Assembly: GCA_963727525.1 (NCBI GenBank)
Contig: CAVSGO010000006.1
Location: 46,906-110,905 of the forward strand
DNA: 64,000 nucleotides
Reading direction: 5' to 3'
Source of the DNA: an uncultured bacterium
Lineage (GTDB): Bacteria > Krumholzibacteriota > Krumholzibacteriia > LZORAL124-64-63
Below the pieces are notes generated by a model. It worked only from the letters and a program-made list of their open reading frames with translations, had not been told where the DNA came from and did not search any database. Shown here piece after piece: positions 27,969 through 39,408 of this stretch. A program made the position numbers and the translations under genes. How positions within the stretch are numbered: the first letter of the stretch is position 1; each line of letters opens with the position of its first letter.

Positions 27969-29342
27969 CTAGCGGACCAGCATCATCTTGCTGGCGCGTA
28001 CGGCCGTATCCGTCACCATCTGCAGCATGTAGGTGCCCGACGGCACGGCGCGGCCGGTCGTGTCGGTGCCCGGCCACAACAGCGCATGCTCGCCGGCGTC
28101 AAAAAGCTCGTTGGCTAGCTCGGTGACCTTGTGCCCGTGCATGTCGAACACGGTGAGGCGCACGTTCTGCGGCTGCGCGAGGCTGAACTTCACGTTCGTC
28201 ATCGGGTTGAACGGGTTCGGCGACGCGCCGAGCAGAGCCGTGGCCGGCTGCGGGGTGTCCTGGGGCTGGGTCTGGCCGTGGTCCTCGGTGCTTACCGAAT
28301 TGTCGAGGCGCGCCATGAAGGCGAGATTGAGGAAGCCGCCTTCCTCCACGTAAGACCCGGTGATCGTGTTGCCGTCGCCGGAAATACTCATCGCCCTCGT
28401 AAGCGTCAGACCATCGGCGCCCACCACGTTGTGCCCGGCGAAGTAGTCGGATAGGGTCTGCAGACCCTCGTCCACGGTCCAGATGATCGCCGTGACCGAG
28501 CTGAAGAACGGGTCGCCGCTGAAACCCACGACCTTGCCGTCGTCCGAAATGCTCAGGCCGGTGCTGCCGTAGGGCTCGTCACCCGGCAGCGTGCCGATCG
28601 GCACCACACCGACGACGTTGTCCCAGTAGAACGCCTCGTTGTTGATGACGCCCGTCATCTTGGTGCCGTCGCTGCTCACGGCATAGACCTCACCCGGCAA
28701 GTCGGGGTCGGCGAGCAACTGAGGGCCGCTGACGTCATCCGTCCAGAAGGCCGCTCGGCGGAAGCCCATGGTTGGATGTTCGTCGAAGCCCACCGTCACC
28801 GTGCCGTCGTCGGAAATATCGGTGGCGCGACTGCTGTTGCCCGAGGAGCCCAGGTTGACGGTGCCGACACCCTGGGTCCACTTGAAGGCCACGGCGTCGC
28901 AGCTGATCCAGCCGAGGCCCACGCCGATCGAACCGTCGAAGTTCAGCGCGTAGCCTGAGCTGAGATCGGAACCGCACGGGGCGCCACCGGGCATTTCGTC
29001 CATGAAGACGAAGCCGCCGGCGGGCGTCCAGTAAGCGGCAGCGTTGAGCCCGTCACTGTTCGGGCGCGTGAAGCACAGCGTGGAACCGTCGCCGGAGATG
29101 GTGCCGCCGCTCGTGGAGAGGCCGCCGGTGTCGATCGTCATGAAGCCGTCGGCCTCGGTCCAGTAAAAGTAGTCGTTCCAGGCGCCGCCCATGGCCTGGC
29201 CGTCGTACGACAGGTAGAGGGTGCCGCCAAAGAACGATCCAGGCAGGTCGGTCAACGGGATGAACGTACCGGTCGCGAACGCTCCGGTCGCGCCGATCGC
29301 GATGAGCGCGACCACACTCAGGATCATGAGCAGTTTCTTCAT
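27969..29342 (-). CDS. Secreted HAF-family extracellular-repeat protein with a C-terminal FlgD-Ig-like/T9SS-like sorting domain (457 aa)
   Basis: GGAGG RBS. Signal peptide MKKLLMILSVVALIAIGATGAFA. Repeated ...A(V/I)S.DG(T/K).(T/V)G... units (ATDISDDGTVTVGF, VYAVSSDGTKMTGV, LSISDDGKVVGF, MSISGDGNTITGS) as in TIGR02913 HAF repeats. C-terminus ASPNPFNPMTNVKFSLAQPQNVRLTVFDMHGHKV...GTYMLQMVTDTAVRASKMMLVR. Confidence 0.8.
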   Translation of the reverse strand: MKKLLMILSVVALIAIGATGAFATGTFIPLTDLPGSFFGGTLYLSYDGQAMGGAWNDYFYWTEADGFMTIDTGGLSTSGGTISGDGSTLCFTRPNSDGLNAAAYWTPAGGFVFMDEMPGGAPCGSDLSSGYALNFDGSIGVGLGWISCDAVAFKWTQGVGTVNLGSSGNSSRATDISDDGTVTVGFDEHPTMGFRRAAFWTDDVSGPQLLADPDLPGEVYAVSSDGTKMTGVINNEAFYWDNVVGVVPIGTLPGDEPYGSTGLSISDDGKVVGFSGDPFFSSVTAIIWTVDEGLQTLSDYFAGHNVVGADGLTLTRAMSISGDGNTITGSYVEEGGFLNLAFMARLDNSVSTEDHGQTQPQDTPQPATALLGASPNPFNPMTNVKFSLAQPQNVRLTVFDMHGHKVTELANELFDAGEHALLWPGTDTTGRAVPSGTYMLQMVTDTAVRASKMMLVR

Positions 29343-29488
29343 GATTGCCTCCAGGGGACATGGCTGGGATTGCCTTGGACACGGATGTGCGATTGGCCGA
29401 AGATCTTGCCAAGTGCCGCAGATCCTAGCAAAATCGGATGGGTCCTAGCAGATTTTCCGGATGGCGTTGACGTTTATGATTTAACAGA

Positions 29489-29524
29489 ATTGGCCGGCGT
29501 CACGGGGTCGCGACGCCGGCCAAT
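29489..29524 (-). terminator. Rho-independent terminator candidate for speA: perfect 13-bp stem ATTGGCCGGCGTC-N10-GACGCCGGCCAAT followed (on the minus strand) by TCTGTTAAATC
   Basis: Lies 9 nt downstream of the speA stop (29533) on the coding strand. GC-rich stem with a moderately U-rich tail. Confidence 0.55.
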
Positions 29525-29532
29525 GGGGCGGC

Positions 29533-31437
<1,905 letters not shown>

Positions 31438-31517
31438 CGTGCCTCCGGCTTCCTTCTCGCGTCCACGTGGTGTCTGGTGAGCGGGATATCTTAATACGAT
31501 TTCGGTCCGCGGTCAGG

Positions 31518-33308
31518 TCAAGATTGGGCGTCCAGCTCGGTCCAGCGGCTGTACAGCGCGGCGAGCTGACCCTCGAGGCCGGCGAGGGTGTCGCGCAGTC
31601 CGGCCACCGTGTCGCCGGCGTCCCGGTAGAGGTGCGGGTCGGCGAGGCGGGTCCGCACCCTGGCTTGCTCGATCTCGAGCGCCTCGATCCGTCCGGGCAG
31701 GGCCGCCAGCTCCTGCTGCTCCCGGTAACCGAGGCGCCGCGGCTTCGCGGCAAGGGACGGCGTGGGACGCGTCTTGCGCTCGCCGCGCTCGGCTCGGGGC
31801 TCGGCACTGGCCCGGGCGGTGCGCAGCCAGTCGCTGTACCCGCCCACCGTCTCCACCACGCGGCCGTCGCCGGCCAGGGCCAGGGTGCTGGTGGTGACAT
31901 TGTCGAGGAACTCGCGGTCGTGGCTCACCAGCAGGATCGTGCCCGCGAAGGTGCCGAGCAGTTCCTCGAGCAGCTCGAGCGTTTCCAGATCGAGGTCGTT
32001 CGTGGGTTCATCGAGCACCAGCAGATTGGCCGGCCGGGCGAAGAGGCGTGCCAGCAGGAGGCGGTTGCGCTCGCCTCCTGAGAGGCGGGTGATGGGGGCC
32101 CGGGCACGGTCGGGCGAGAAGAGGAAGCTGCCGAGGTAGCTGATGATGTGCACCGGCCTGCCGTCCACGATCACGGTATCGCCCTCGGCGCCCACGTTCT
32201 CCTGTACGGTGGCTGTTTCGTCGAGCTGGGCGCGTTGCTGGTCGAAGTAGGCGATCGCCAGGTTGGTGCCGTGGTGCACCTGGCCGCCGGCCGGGCTCAG
32301 TTCGCCCAGCAGCAAGCGCAGCAACGTCGTCTTGCCCGAGCCGTTGGGGCCGAGGATACCCACCTTGTCGCCGCGCAGCACCGTGCCGGAGAAGTCGTCC
32401 ACGACCGTTCGGTCCCCCCACGCGAAGTTCACGCGCTCCGCCCGGATTACCAGGCGACCGCTGCGGTCGGCCTCCTGCAGCGGCATCTGCACGTCGCCGG
32501 TTTGCACGCGTCGGTCGCGCCGCTCCTCGCGCATCTGCATCAAGGAGCGCACCCGTCCCTCGTTGCGCGTACGACGCGCGAGGATGCCCTGCCGGATCCA
32601 TGCCTCCTCCTGGGCGAGCTTCTTGTCGAACTGCGCCCACTGTTGCCGTTCGGTCTGCATCACGGCGTCGCGTCGCACCAGGAAGGTGGGATAGTCGCAG
32701 GCCCAGTCGCGCAGCCGGCCGCGGTCCAACTCGACGATACGTCCGGCGAGGCCGCGCAGGAACGCGCGATCGTGGGTGACGAAGAGCAGAGTGCCGCGAA
32801 AGCGTTGCAACTCGCTCTCGAGCCAGGTGATGGCCTCGACGTCGAGATGATTGGTGGGCTCGTCGAGCAGCAGCACGTCGGGGTCGATCACCAGGGCGCG
32901 TGCCAGGAGGGCACGACGTTTGGCCCCGGTGGACAGGGTGGCGAAGTCGGCGTCCATGGCCAGACCGGCCCGGGTGACGGCCTGCTCCACGAGGTGCTGC
33001 ATCTCCCAGGGCGTGTCGCCTCCCGGGAGGTCGGCGAGGGCAGCCGCCACCACCTGGCCCACCGTACCGCCGAGATCGGCCGGTACCTCCTGCGGCATCA
33101 ACCCTATCCGCAGCCCAGCCGTGCGCAAGATCTCGCCGCTGTCGGGCGCCAGCGCGGCGGAGAGCAGCCTCAGCAGTGTCGACTTGCCCTCGCCGTTGCG
33201 GCCCAGCAGCGCGATGTGATCCCCCTTCTCCACGCGCAGGTCGACGTCCACGAGCACGGGCGGCCCGCCGAGCGAGAGCGTCACGGACTTCAGCTCGAGT
33301 ATTGCCAT
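31518..33308 (-). CDS. ABC-F family ATPase (tandem ABC ATPase domains, no TM domain; Uup/YheS/EttA-like) (596 aa)
   Basis: Start trimmed to ATG 33308 (MAILELKSVTLSLGGPPVLVDVDLRVEKGDHIALLGRNGEGKSTLL). Two Walker A motifs (GRNGEGKS, GPNGSGKT) and two signature motifs (LSTGAKRR, LSGGERNR). The upstream 108 codons of ORF 31518..33632 are non-coding read-through. Confidence 0.85.
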   Translation of the reverse strand: MAILELKSVTLSLGGPPVLVDVDLRVEKGDHIALLGRNGEGKSTLLRLLSAALAPDSGEILRTAGLRIGLMPQEVPADLGGTVGQVVAAALADLPGGDTPWEMQHLVEQAVTRAGLAMDADFATLSTGAKRRALLARALVIDPDVLLLDEPTNHLDVEAITWLESELQRFRGTLLFVTHDRAFLRGLAGRIVELDRGRLRDWACDYPTFLVRRDAVMQTERQQWAQFDKKLAQEEAWIRQGILARRTRNEGRVRSLMQMREERRDRRVQTGDVQMPLQEADRSGRLVIRAERVNFAWGDRTVVDDFSGTVLRGDKVGILGPNGSGKTTLLRLLLGELSPAGGQVHHGTNLAIAYFDQQRAQLDETATVQENVGAEGDTVIVDGRPVHIISYLGSFLFSPDRARAPITRLSGGERNRLLLARLFARPANLLVLDEPTNDLDLETLELLEELLGTFAGTILLVSHDREFLDNVTTSTLALAGDGRVVETVGGYSDWLRTARASAEPRAERGERKTRPTPSLAAKPRRLGYREQQELAALPGRIEALEIEQARVRTRLADPHLYRDAGDTVAGLRDTLAGLEGQLAALYSRWTELDAQS

Positions 33309-33343
33309 GGCACCATATGCGTCGCGGAAGGAAAGGCGTCCGC

Positions 33344-33889
33344 TCAGATGCTCCAGTTGACGAGCGGCAGCACCGGGAGCTTCGACTTGCTCTGGATGAT
33401 GTTCAGCACCCCGATCTGCAACCCGTGCATTTTCTGGGCGACGTTCACCACGCCGACCTGGACGCCGTTGAAATCGTCGGACACGTTCACGAGACCCCAC
33501 TGCAGGCCCTCGGCCCGCCGGTTCACGTTGACGGCGCCTGACTGCACACCCTGCAGGAAGCCGTCGGTCCGGCTGTAGAACCCGGCCTGCCAGCCGCTGA
33601 AGTCGCCGTCGGTGAGTCCCACGAGAGCCCACTGCACGCCGACCTGGTCGCCGTGCGCGACGGTGATCAGGCCCCAGTCGAGTCCCTTGACGTCGCGGTT
33701 CACGCCATAGAGCAGGGCGAGACGCAGTGCGCTCACCGACGTCTCCTCGCCGGTGGTCTGGACCGGGCTGAACAGCGCGAGATTGAGCGGGCTGCGGGCC
33801 TCGTCGGCCGCGGCGGCCGTGGTCGGTGCGACCACGGCCGGCGTGGCCAGGGCGAGAACGAGGAACGCGTGGGCGAGCGCGTGTCTCAT
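33344..33889 (-). CDS. Secreted hypothetical protein with degenerate G-x-Q-x-G-x-x-N-V repeats
   Basis: Signal peptide MRHALAHAFLVLALATPAVVAP. Repeats GVQWALVGL, GLQWGLVNV, GVQVGVVNV, GLQIGVLNI. Confidence 0.6.
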   Translation of the reverse strand: MRHALAHAFLVLALATPAVVAPTTAAAADEARSPLNLALFSPVQTTGEETSVSALRLALLYGVNRDVKGLDWGLITVAHGDQVGVQWALVGLTDGDFSGWQAGFYSRTDGFLQGVQSGAVNVNRRAEGLQWGLVNVSDDFNGVQVGVVNVAQKMHGLQIGVLNIIQSKSKLPVLPLVNWSI

Positions 33890-33911
33890 GATCGGATCCT
33901 GTCGTTGCGAA

Positions 33912-34703
33912 CTATAGCGCGTCGCGCGTGACCGTGGCGTTCTCCACGATGACGTCGTACGCGTAACCCGCGCCGAAATCCTTGTTCGTGGCGACGGTGC
34001 CCTTGATCAGGACCACGTCGCCGACCTTGGCGTCGCCGTCGGTGGTGACGGTGAGGTCGCCGTCGGCGCCGTTGCTGCTGCCGTCCTGGATGTGCAGCCA
34101 GTTCTTGCCCATCACGTTGCCGGTGCGCTTGACCACCTGGCCGCGCACGAGCACCTGCTTGCCGGCGAGCTTGGCGGCATCGGCGTGGATCTCCGCCACG
34201 GTCACGCCACCGGCAGCCTTGGCCACGCTGCCGGCCGCCACGGTGACGTCGGCCTGATTCAGACCGGAGTGCGGATTGCTGCCACCGCTCATCGCGCCGC
34301 CGCCCATGGAGGCCGGCATGTTCGATGCGCCGCCCTTCTGGATGGCGTTGACGAAGTAGATCTCCGGGAAAGTGCGGTCGAGCGTCTTGCTGGCGAAGTC
34401 CTTCATCACCATGCCGGCGGGCATGGTCACCTCATCGCCCACGGCCACCTCGGTGGTGGGGCCGGCCGCCCAGACGTCGCCATCGGCGGTCTTCACGTGG
34501 ACGTAGGTATAGCCGCCGGAATCCATCGTCTCGGTGACCTCGCCGCTGATGCTGGCCGGGGTCGCGGACGGAGGCGCGGCCTGCTGGCCCTGCGCGGGGG
34601 TGTTCGCGCTGGCCTGCTGCTGGGCGCTGGTGTCGCTCTTGCCCCCGCAGCCGGCGAGCAGGGCGATCAAGGCGATGGCGGCAAGTAACGTACGGACCAT
34701 CAT
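33912..34703 (-). CDS. Lipoprotein of unknown function (263 aa)
   Basis: Start trimmed to ATG 34703 (GGGAGG RBS 6 nt upstream). MMVRTLLAAIALIALLAGC lipobox, Q/A/P-rich linker, then a Gly-rich soluble domain. Confidence 0.7.
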   Translation of the reverse strand: MMVRTLLAAIALIALLAGCGGKSDTSAQQQASANTPAQGQQAAPPSATPASISGEVTETMDSGGYTYVHVKTADGDVWAAGPTTEVAVGDEVTMPAGMVMKDFASKTLDRTFPEIYFVNAIQKGGASNMPASMGGGAMSGGSNPHSGLNQADVTVAAGSVAKAAGGVTVAEIHADAAKLAGKQVLVRGQVVKRTGNVMGKNWLHIQDGSSNGADGDLTVTTDGDAKVGDVVLIKGTVATNKDFGAGYAYDVIVENATVTRDAL

Positions 34704-34771
34704 CGTGAGCCTCCCAAGGGTTTCGAGATTGCCTAGCATGGCCACAAGATAGACCGTACGGGTGGTATTTC

Positions 34772-34954
34772 AACCCACCTAATTCATGCTGTCGCGTAGC
34801 GAGGCGAGTGGAACGGTCTCTGTGAGCGGGATCTCGCAGGGTTTGTGAGGGAGCCGTACCCGCTGGGGTACGGTGACCGCAGCAAACCCGAGAAAGCCCG
34901 CTCACAGAGACCCGTGACGCCGCCGCAGTAGCGATAGCATGAATTAGGTGGGTT
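34772..34954. repeat. ~183-bp imperfect inverted repeat (long hairpin) in the divergent intergenic region between the lipoprotein gene and the CDF transporter gene
   Basis: Arms pair symmetrically about nt 34863/34864: AACCCACCTAATTCATGCT (34772-34790) with AGCATGAATTAGGTGGGTT (34936-34954); GGTCTCTGTGAGCGGG (34815-34830) with CCCGCTCACAGAGACC (34898-34913); apical hairpin CCGTACCC-gctg-GGGTACGG (34854-34873). Intervening segments pair only partly. No other copy in the window. Confidence 0.7.
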
Positions 34955-35068
34955 CAAGTCGGGCGAGAACCCCCAGGTGCCCAGTTTCGCGCTTGTCGTG
35001 GCGGGACCGATGCCGTTTGCTAGAGTCTCCCGGTAGCCGCGACGGCGCCGGCCACGAGGGAGTGCGCC

Positions 35069-36487
35069 TTGTCCAGTCCGGTCGACCCGGCCGCCGTGCA
35101 TGCCAAGACCCGCGCCGCGACCATGTCCGTCATGGCGGCGGTCCTGCTCACCGTCTTGAAACTCACCGTCGGACTCGCCACCGGCAGTCTCGGTCTCCTG
35201 GCCGAGGCGGCGCACTCGGGCCTCGATCTCGTGGCGGCCATCGTCACCTACTTCGCCGTGCGCATCTCGGACCGGCCCGCCGACCACGTTCACCAGTACG
35301 GCCACGGCAAGGTGGAGAACCTGTCGGCGCTGTTCGAGACGGTCCTGCTGCTCGTGACCTGTGTGTGGATCGTCTTCGAGGCGGTGCAGCGCCTGGCGTA
35401 CAAGCACGCCCACGTGGAGGCTACGGTGTGGGCCTTCGTCGTGATCATGACGTCGATCGTGGTGGACATCAATCGCTCGCGTATGCTCTACCGCGCTGCT
35501 CGCGAGCACCATAGCCAGGCCCTGGAAGCCGACGCGCTCCATTTCTCCACCGACATCTGGAGTTCTGCCGTCGTCCTGGTGGGGTTGGCCCTGGTGTGGC
35601 TGAGCGGCCGCCTCGGACCCGACTGGCTCTGGCTCGCCAAGGCCGACGCCGTGGCGGCGCTGGGCGTGGCGTGCATCGTCGTCGTGATCAGCATTCGACT
35701 CGGCCAGCGCGCGGTGAACGTGCTGCTCGATGCCGCGCCGCACGGGCTGGTCGCTCGTATCGAGGCCGAGGTGGTGCAAGTGCCGGGCGTGCGCGAGGTG
35801 CGGGACACGCGTGTGCGTCAGAGCGGGGCCGCCACCTTCGTCGATCTCACCGTCGAGGTGGAGCGCAGCGTCGCCCTCGAGGAAGCGCACCGTATCGCCA
35901 CCGAGGTCCAGGAGGCCGTGGCGCAACTCGTGCCGCGCAGCGACGTGGTGGTGCACGTCGATCCGGTGCGGCCGCGCGGCGAGATCCTTCCCGACACCGT
36001 GAGCGCCATCGCCACGCGGATGGGGCTGCGTACCCACGACGTGGTGCTCCACGAGATCCGCGGCAGGTTCTACCTGGACATGCACGTCGACGTGCCGGCC
36101 GATCTCTCCCTCGCCGATGCGCACGTGGAGGTGTCCCGCCTGGAGGAGGCGATCCGGGCCGAGCTGCCGCATGGCACCACCATCAACAGCCACATCGAGC
36201 CGTACCACTCCACCACCCCGCGCGTGGCGGCGCTGGGCGCCGACACCGAGGCGCTCCTGCGTGACCGCATCCTGGCCGCAATGTCGCGTGTACCGGGCTT
36301 GCGTGGCTGCCACGCCTGCCATCTCCGCGCCGGGCTCACCGGCTACGACGTCGTGCTCGATTGCCACGCTCCCGCCGAGCTGTCGGTGGATGAGGCCCAT
36401 CGCCTCACCGAGATCGCGGAGTCGCGCTTGCGGGAAGAGATCCCGGGCATCGGGCAGGTCCTCATCCACGTCGAACCCGCCTCCTGA
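35069..36487 (+). CDS. Cation diffusion facilitator (CDF) family divalent-metal efflux transporter with an extended/duplicated C-terminal cytoplasmic domain (472 aa)
   Basis: TTG 35069 with GAGGGA RBS 8 nt upstream. LKLTVGLATGSLGLLAEAAHSGLDLVAAIVTYFAVRISDRPAD..HQYGHGKVENLSALFE (CDF TM signature with HxxxD metal site). Two successive C-terminal regulatory-domain-like segments (VREVRDTRVRQSG...VHVDP ; CHACHLRAGLTGYDVVLDCHA...IHVEP). Confidence 0.85.
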   Translation: MSSPVDPAAVHAKTRAATMSVMAAVLLTVLKLTVGLATGSLGLLAEAAHSGLDLVAAIVTYFAVRISDRPADHVHQYGHGKVENLSALFETVLLLVTCVWIVFEAVQRLAYKHAHVEATVWAFVVIMTSIVVDINRSRMLYRAAREHHSQALEADALHFSTDIWSSAVVLVGLALVWLSGRLGPDWLWLAKADAVAALGVACIVVVISIRLGQRAVNVLLDAAPHGLVARIEAEVVQVPGVREVRDTRVRQSGAATFVDLTVEVERSVALEEAHRIATEVQEAVAQLVPRSDVVVHVDPVRPRGEILPDTVSAIATRMGLRTHDVVLHEIRGRFYLDMHVDVPADLSLADAHVEVSRLEEAIRAELPHGTTINSHIEPYHSTTPRVAALGADTEALLRDRILAAMSRVPGLRGCHACHLRAGLTGYDVVLDCHAPAELSVDEAHRLTEIAESRLREEIPGIGQVLIHVEPAS

Positions 36488-36492
36488 CGCGG

Positions 36493-36936
36493 TCAGGGCT
36501 TCGGTGTGGCGGTCGTGCCCAGGCACAGCGGTGACGCGCCCGCCGAGCGATCGATGAGATCGACGATCGGTGTGCTGCCCATGGCCTCCTCGATGTGGGC
36601 CATGGCGTCGTCGAGCTTGCGGTGCAGGGGGCAGAGCTGCGAACCATGCGCGGGGATGCCCAGTGGGCAGCCATCGAGCCGAGGGATGGGATCGATGGCG
36701 TTGATCACGTCCAGCGGCGTGATCGTCAGCGGGTCGCGCGCGAGCGTGAAGCCGCCGTGCAGTCCACGCTGCGAGTTCACGAGTTTCGCGCGCACGAGGC
36801 TTTGCATCACCTTGGCGAGGTAGCCCGCCGGGATCTTCGTGGCGTCCGCGATCGCCCTGGTGGTCTGCGGGGCGTCGCCACGGCTGGCGATCCATACGAT
36901 CGTGCGGAGGGCGTACTCGGCAGTCCGGGAAATCAA
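36493..36936 (-). CDS. Rrf2-family transcriptional regulator (IscR/NsrR-like, three conserved Cys) (147 aa)
   Basis: Probable TTG start at 36936 with GGAGG 7 nt upstream (ORF extends to 37008). ISRTAEYALRTIVWIA...TKIPAGYLAKVMQSLVRAKLVNSQRGLHGGFTLAR (wHTH). Cys residues in DGCPLGIPAHGSQLCP.... Confidence 0.8.
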   Translation of the reverse strand: MISRTAEYALRTIVWIASRGDAPQTTRAIADATKIPAGYLAKVMQSLVRAKLVNSQRGLHGGFTLARDPLTITPLDVINAIDPIPRLDGCPLGIPAHGSQLCPLHRKLDDAMAHIEEAMGSTPIVDLIDRSAGASPLCLGTTATPKP

Positions 36937-37046
36937 CGCGCAGCCTCCGTCTTTCTGCTTACTGGACCTTGACATCCACAATGTGCCCGCTATCGTTGCC
37001 CCTGTCAAGAGGACAAAAGCATCCAGATATCGAGTGAGGCTTCCAG

Positions 37047-38132
37047 ATGGAGGCTGTGGTCATGCAAGGCACCGAGAACACGTCGGATACGATTCAAGCC
37101 ACCAGCCGGCCGCGTCGGCGTTCCCGGCCGCGCCGCGCCTACGGACCGCGCCTGGCCGTGCAACTCGTCACCCTCGGCATCTGCGTCGCGATGGGCGTCC
37201 AGTTCGGCACCTGGGTCGGTCGTCTCGAGGCTGGCTCCATCGCGGGTGTCCGGCCGCCAGGCGTGGAGGGTTTCCTGCCCATCTCGGGACTCATCAGCCT
37301 GCGCCAACTGATCGCAACGGGCGAGTTCTCGATGATCCATCCCGCGGCGCTGGTGATCCTCGCTCTCGCCTGCCTGAGCGCACTGCTGCTCAAGAAGTCG
37401 TTCTGCTCCTGGCTATGCCCCGTTGGCACGGTGTCGGAGTACGCGGCGCGTCTCGCGCATCGGGTGACGGGCTGGCGGGTGAAGCTGCCGCGCTGGCTCG
37501 ACTACCCGCTGATGGGCATCAAGTACCTGCTTCTGATCTTCTTCCTCCACGCGATCTTCTTCCGGATGGCGACGGCCGACGTGACGGCGTTCCTGCTCTC
37601 GCCGTACAACAAGGTCGCCGACATCAAGATGTTCTACTTCTTCGCCCATATCTCCGCGCTGGCGATCAAGGTCATCTTGGCACTCGTGGCGCTCAGCCTG
37701 GTGGTGCCGTATTTCTGGTGCCGCTACCTCTGCCCGTACGGCGCGCTGCTCGGGGCACTGTCCTGGTTCTCGCCCCTGAAGATCCGCCGCTCGCCCCTCG
37801 ACTGCACGAGCTGCGGCCGCTGCGCTGCCGTCTGTCCCGCGTTCTTGCCCGTCGACCTCAAGCTCGTGATCAACTCGCCCGAGTGCACCGGTTGCATGGA
37901 ATGCGCGGCGCATTGCCCGGTGCCCACCGCGCTGGCCTTCGGTCCACCGCCGCGCTGGCATCGCAAGGTGAAGCCGGCGGCGGTGGCCGTGCTCGTAATC
38001 GTGCTCTTCTACGGCGGCATCGGCGTGGCAAAGCTCGCCGGTCGCTGGCATTCGCGGGTCGATCCCGTGGAGTTGCAGCAGCGCGTGCAGCACGGACTGA
38101 ACGGGCCCGACTACGGGCATTTCGGGCGCTAG
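37047..38132 (+). CDS. Membrane polyferredoxin-like 4Fe-4S protein (NapH/MauN/NosR-C-like)
   Basis: TM helices with paired CxxxCP motifs (FCSWLCPVG, CRYLCPYG) plus two ferredoxin CxxCxxCxxxCP clusters (CTSCGRCAAVCP, CTGCMECAAHCP). Alternative start ATG 37062 (GGAGG RBS). Confidence 0.75.
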   Translation: MEAVVMQGTENTSDTIQATSRPRRRSRPRRAYGPRLAVQLVTLGICVAMGVQFGTWVGRLEAGSIAGVRPPGVEGFLPISGLISLRQLIATGEFSMIHPAALVILALACLSALLLKKSFCSWLCPVGTVSEYAARLAHRVTGWRVKLPRWLDYPLMGIKYLLLIFFLHAIFFRMATADVTAFLLSPYNKVADIKMFYFFAHISALAIKVILALVALSLVVPYFWCRYLCPYGALLGALSWFSPLKIRRSPLDCTSCGRCAAVCPAFLPVDLKLVINSPECTGCMECAAHCPVPTALAFGPPPRWHRKVKPAAVAVLVIVLFYGGIGVAKLAGRWHSRVDPVELQQRVQHGLNGPDYGHFGR

Positions 38133-38168
38133 AGCCCAGCGCGGCGGCGTTGGCCGGCCGGGCGCTGG

Positions 38169-38197
38169 CCCGCGGATACCGGCCGCGGGTGTTCTCC
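38169..38197 (+). terminator. Hairpin CCCGCGG-ataccgg-CCGCGGG followed by TGTTCTCC, downstream of the polyferredoxin gene
   Basis: 7-bp GC stem 37 nt after the stop, with a weak T-rich tail. Confidence 0.3.
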
Positions 38198-38306
38198 AAG
38201 CCTGTCGGCGACTGAAACCTCGCCTGGACGCGGTTTCGCGACTAGCTTGAACGGCAATCGTGCCACCCCGCCGATCGTCGATGACCATTCCGCCGAGCGA
38301 GAAGCC

Positions 38307-39359
38307 ATGCCGCATCTCATCGCCGTATCCACAGCGTCGCCCCCGCACCGGGTCGACCAGAGCGAAGCGCGGGAATTCGCGAGCAACCTCTTTCGCGAGC
38401 ACCTCTCGCACCTCGACCGGTTGCTGCCGGTGTTCACCAATGCGGGCATCGAGACGCGCTACTTCGCGATGCCGCCCGCCTGGTTTCGCGATCCGCCGCC
38501 CTTCGCCGAGAAGAACGCCATCTTCGTGGAGCAGGCCACAGCGCTCAGTGCGCGCGCCGTACGCCAGCTCCTCGAGACGACGGAGCTGAAACCCGGCGAC
38601 ATCGACATGATCATCTTCATCAACACCACGGGTCTGGCAACGCCGTCGATAGACGCGCGCCTGATCAACGTGCTCGGTCTGCGCACCGACGTGCGCCGCA
38701 CGCCGATCTGGGGCCTCGGCTGCGCGGGGGGCGCCGCGGGCCTGGCGCACGCCTATCACCATGCACTCGGCCATCCGCGCGAGCGCATCCTCGTGGTGGC
38801 CTGCGAGCTGTGCGGCCTCACCTTCCTGGCCGACGACTACACGAAGAGCAACCTCGTGGCCTGCGCCCTCTTCGCGGACGGCGCCGCTGCCGCACTCATA
38901 TGTGGCGACGATGTCGGCGCGCAGGGGCTGGAGTTGCTGGGCACCCAGTCGCGCTTCTATCCCGACTCGCTCGAGGTCATGGGCTGGAACATCGTCGCCC
39001 GCGGCATGCAGGTGGTGTTCGATCGCCGCATCCCCGACATCGTGACGCAGCACGCGGCCGACGAGCTGGACACCTTCCTCGCGCACCACGGCCTCGCGCG
39101 CGCCGGCGTGGCGGAGTACCTCTACCATCCCGGCGGTATCAAGGTGCTCGAGGCCTATGTCAACGCGTACGGTGTGGAGCCGGGCGCCCTGCGCTACTCG
39201 CGCGAGGTGCTGCGCGATTTCGGCAACATGTCGTCGGTCACGGTGCTCTACGTCCTGGCCCGCTACCTCAGCGAGCACCGTCCTGGCCGCGGCGTGCATG
39301 GCGTGATCTCGGCGCTGGGGCCGGGCTTCTCCTCGGAATCGTTGCTGGTGCGGCTGTAG
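38307..39359 (+). CDS. Type III polyketide synthase (chalcone/stilbene synthase family) (350 aa)
   Basis: ATG 38307 (MPHLIAVSTASPPHRV). Active-site Cys context GLGCAGGAAGLAHA; C-terminal FGNMSSVTVLYVL and GPGFSSESLLVRL. Confidence 0.85.
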   Translation: MPHLIAVSTASPPHRVDQSEAREFASNLFREHLSHLDRLLPVFTNAGIETRYFAMPPAWFRDPPPFAEKNAIFVEQATALSARAVRQLLETTELKPGDIDMIIFINTTGLATPSIDARLINVLGLRTDVRRTPIWGLGCAGGAAGLAHAYHHALGHPRERILVVACELCGLTFLADDYTKSNLVACALFADGAAAALICGDDVGAQGLELLGTQSRFYPDSLEVMGWNIVARGMQVVFDRRIPDIVTQHAADELDTFLAHHGLARAGVAEYLYHPGGIKVLEAYVNAYGVEPGALRYSREVLRDFGNMSSVTVLYVLARYLSEHRPGRGVHGVISALGPGFSSESLLVRL

Positions 39360-39365
39360 ATTTCG

Positions 39366-39381
39366 CTGGTGCCGGCACCAG
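39366..39381. terminator. Perfect 16-bp palindrome CTGGTGCCGGCACCAG between convergent genes (possible bidirectional terminator hairpin)
   Basis: Located between the PKS stop (39359) and the Crp-family gene stop (39409). Confidence 0.35.
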
Positions 39382-39408
39382 AATCGAGGAAGCGCGTGCT
39401 GGCCGTCG

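Noticed and set aside
34784-36895. 703-aa minus-strand ORF
   Set aside because: Antisense to the CDF transporter and part of the Rrf2 locus; no motifs.
37413-39299. 628-aa minus-strand ORF
   Set aside because: Antisense to the polyferredoxin and type III PKS genes.
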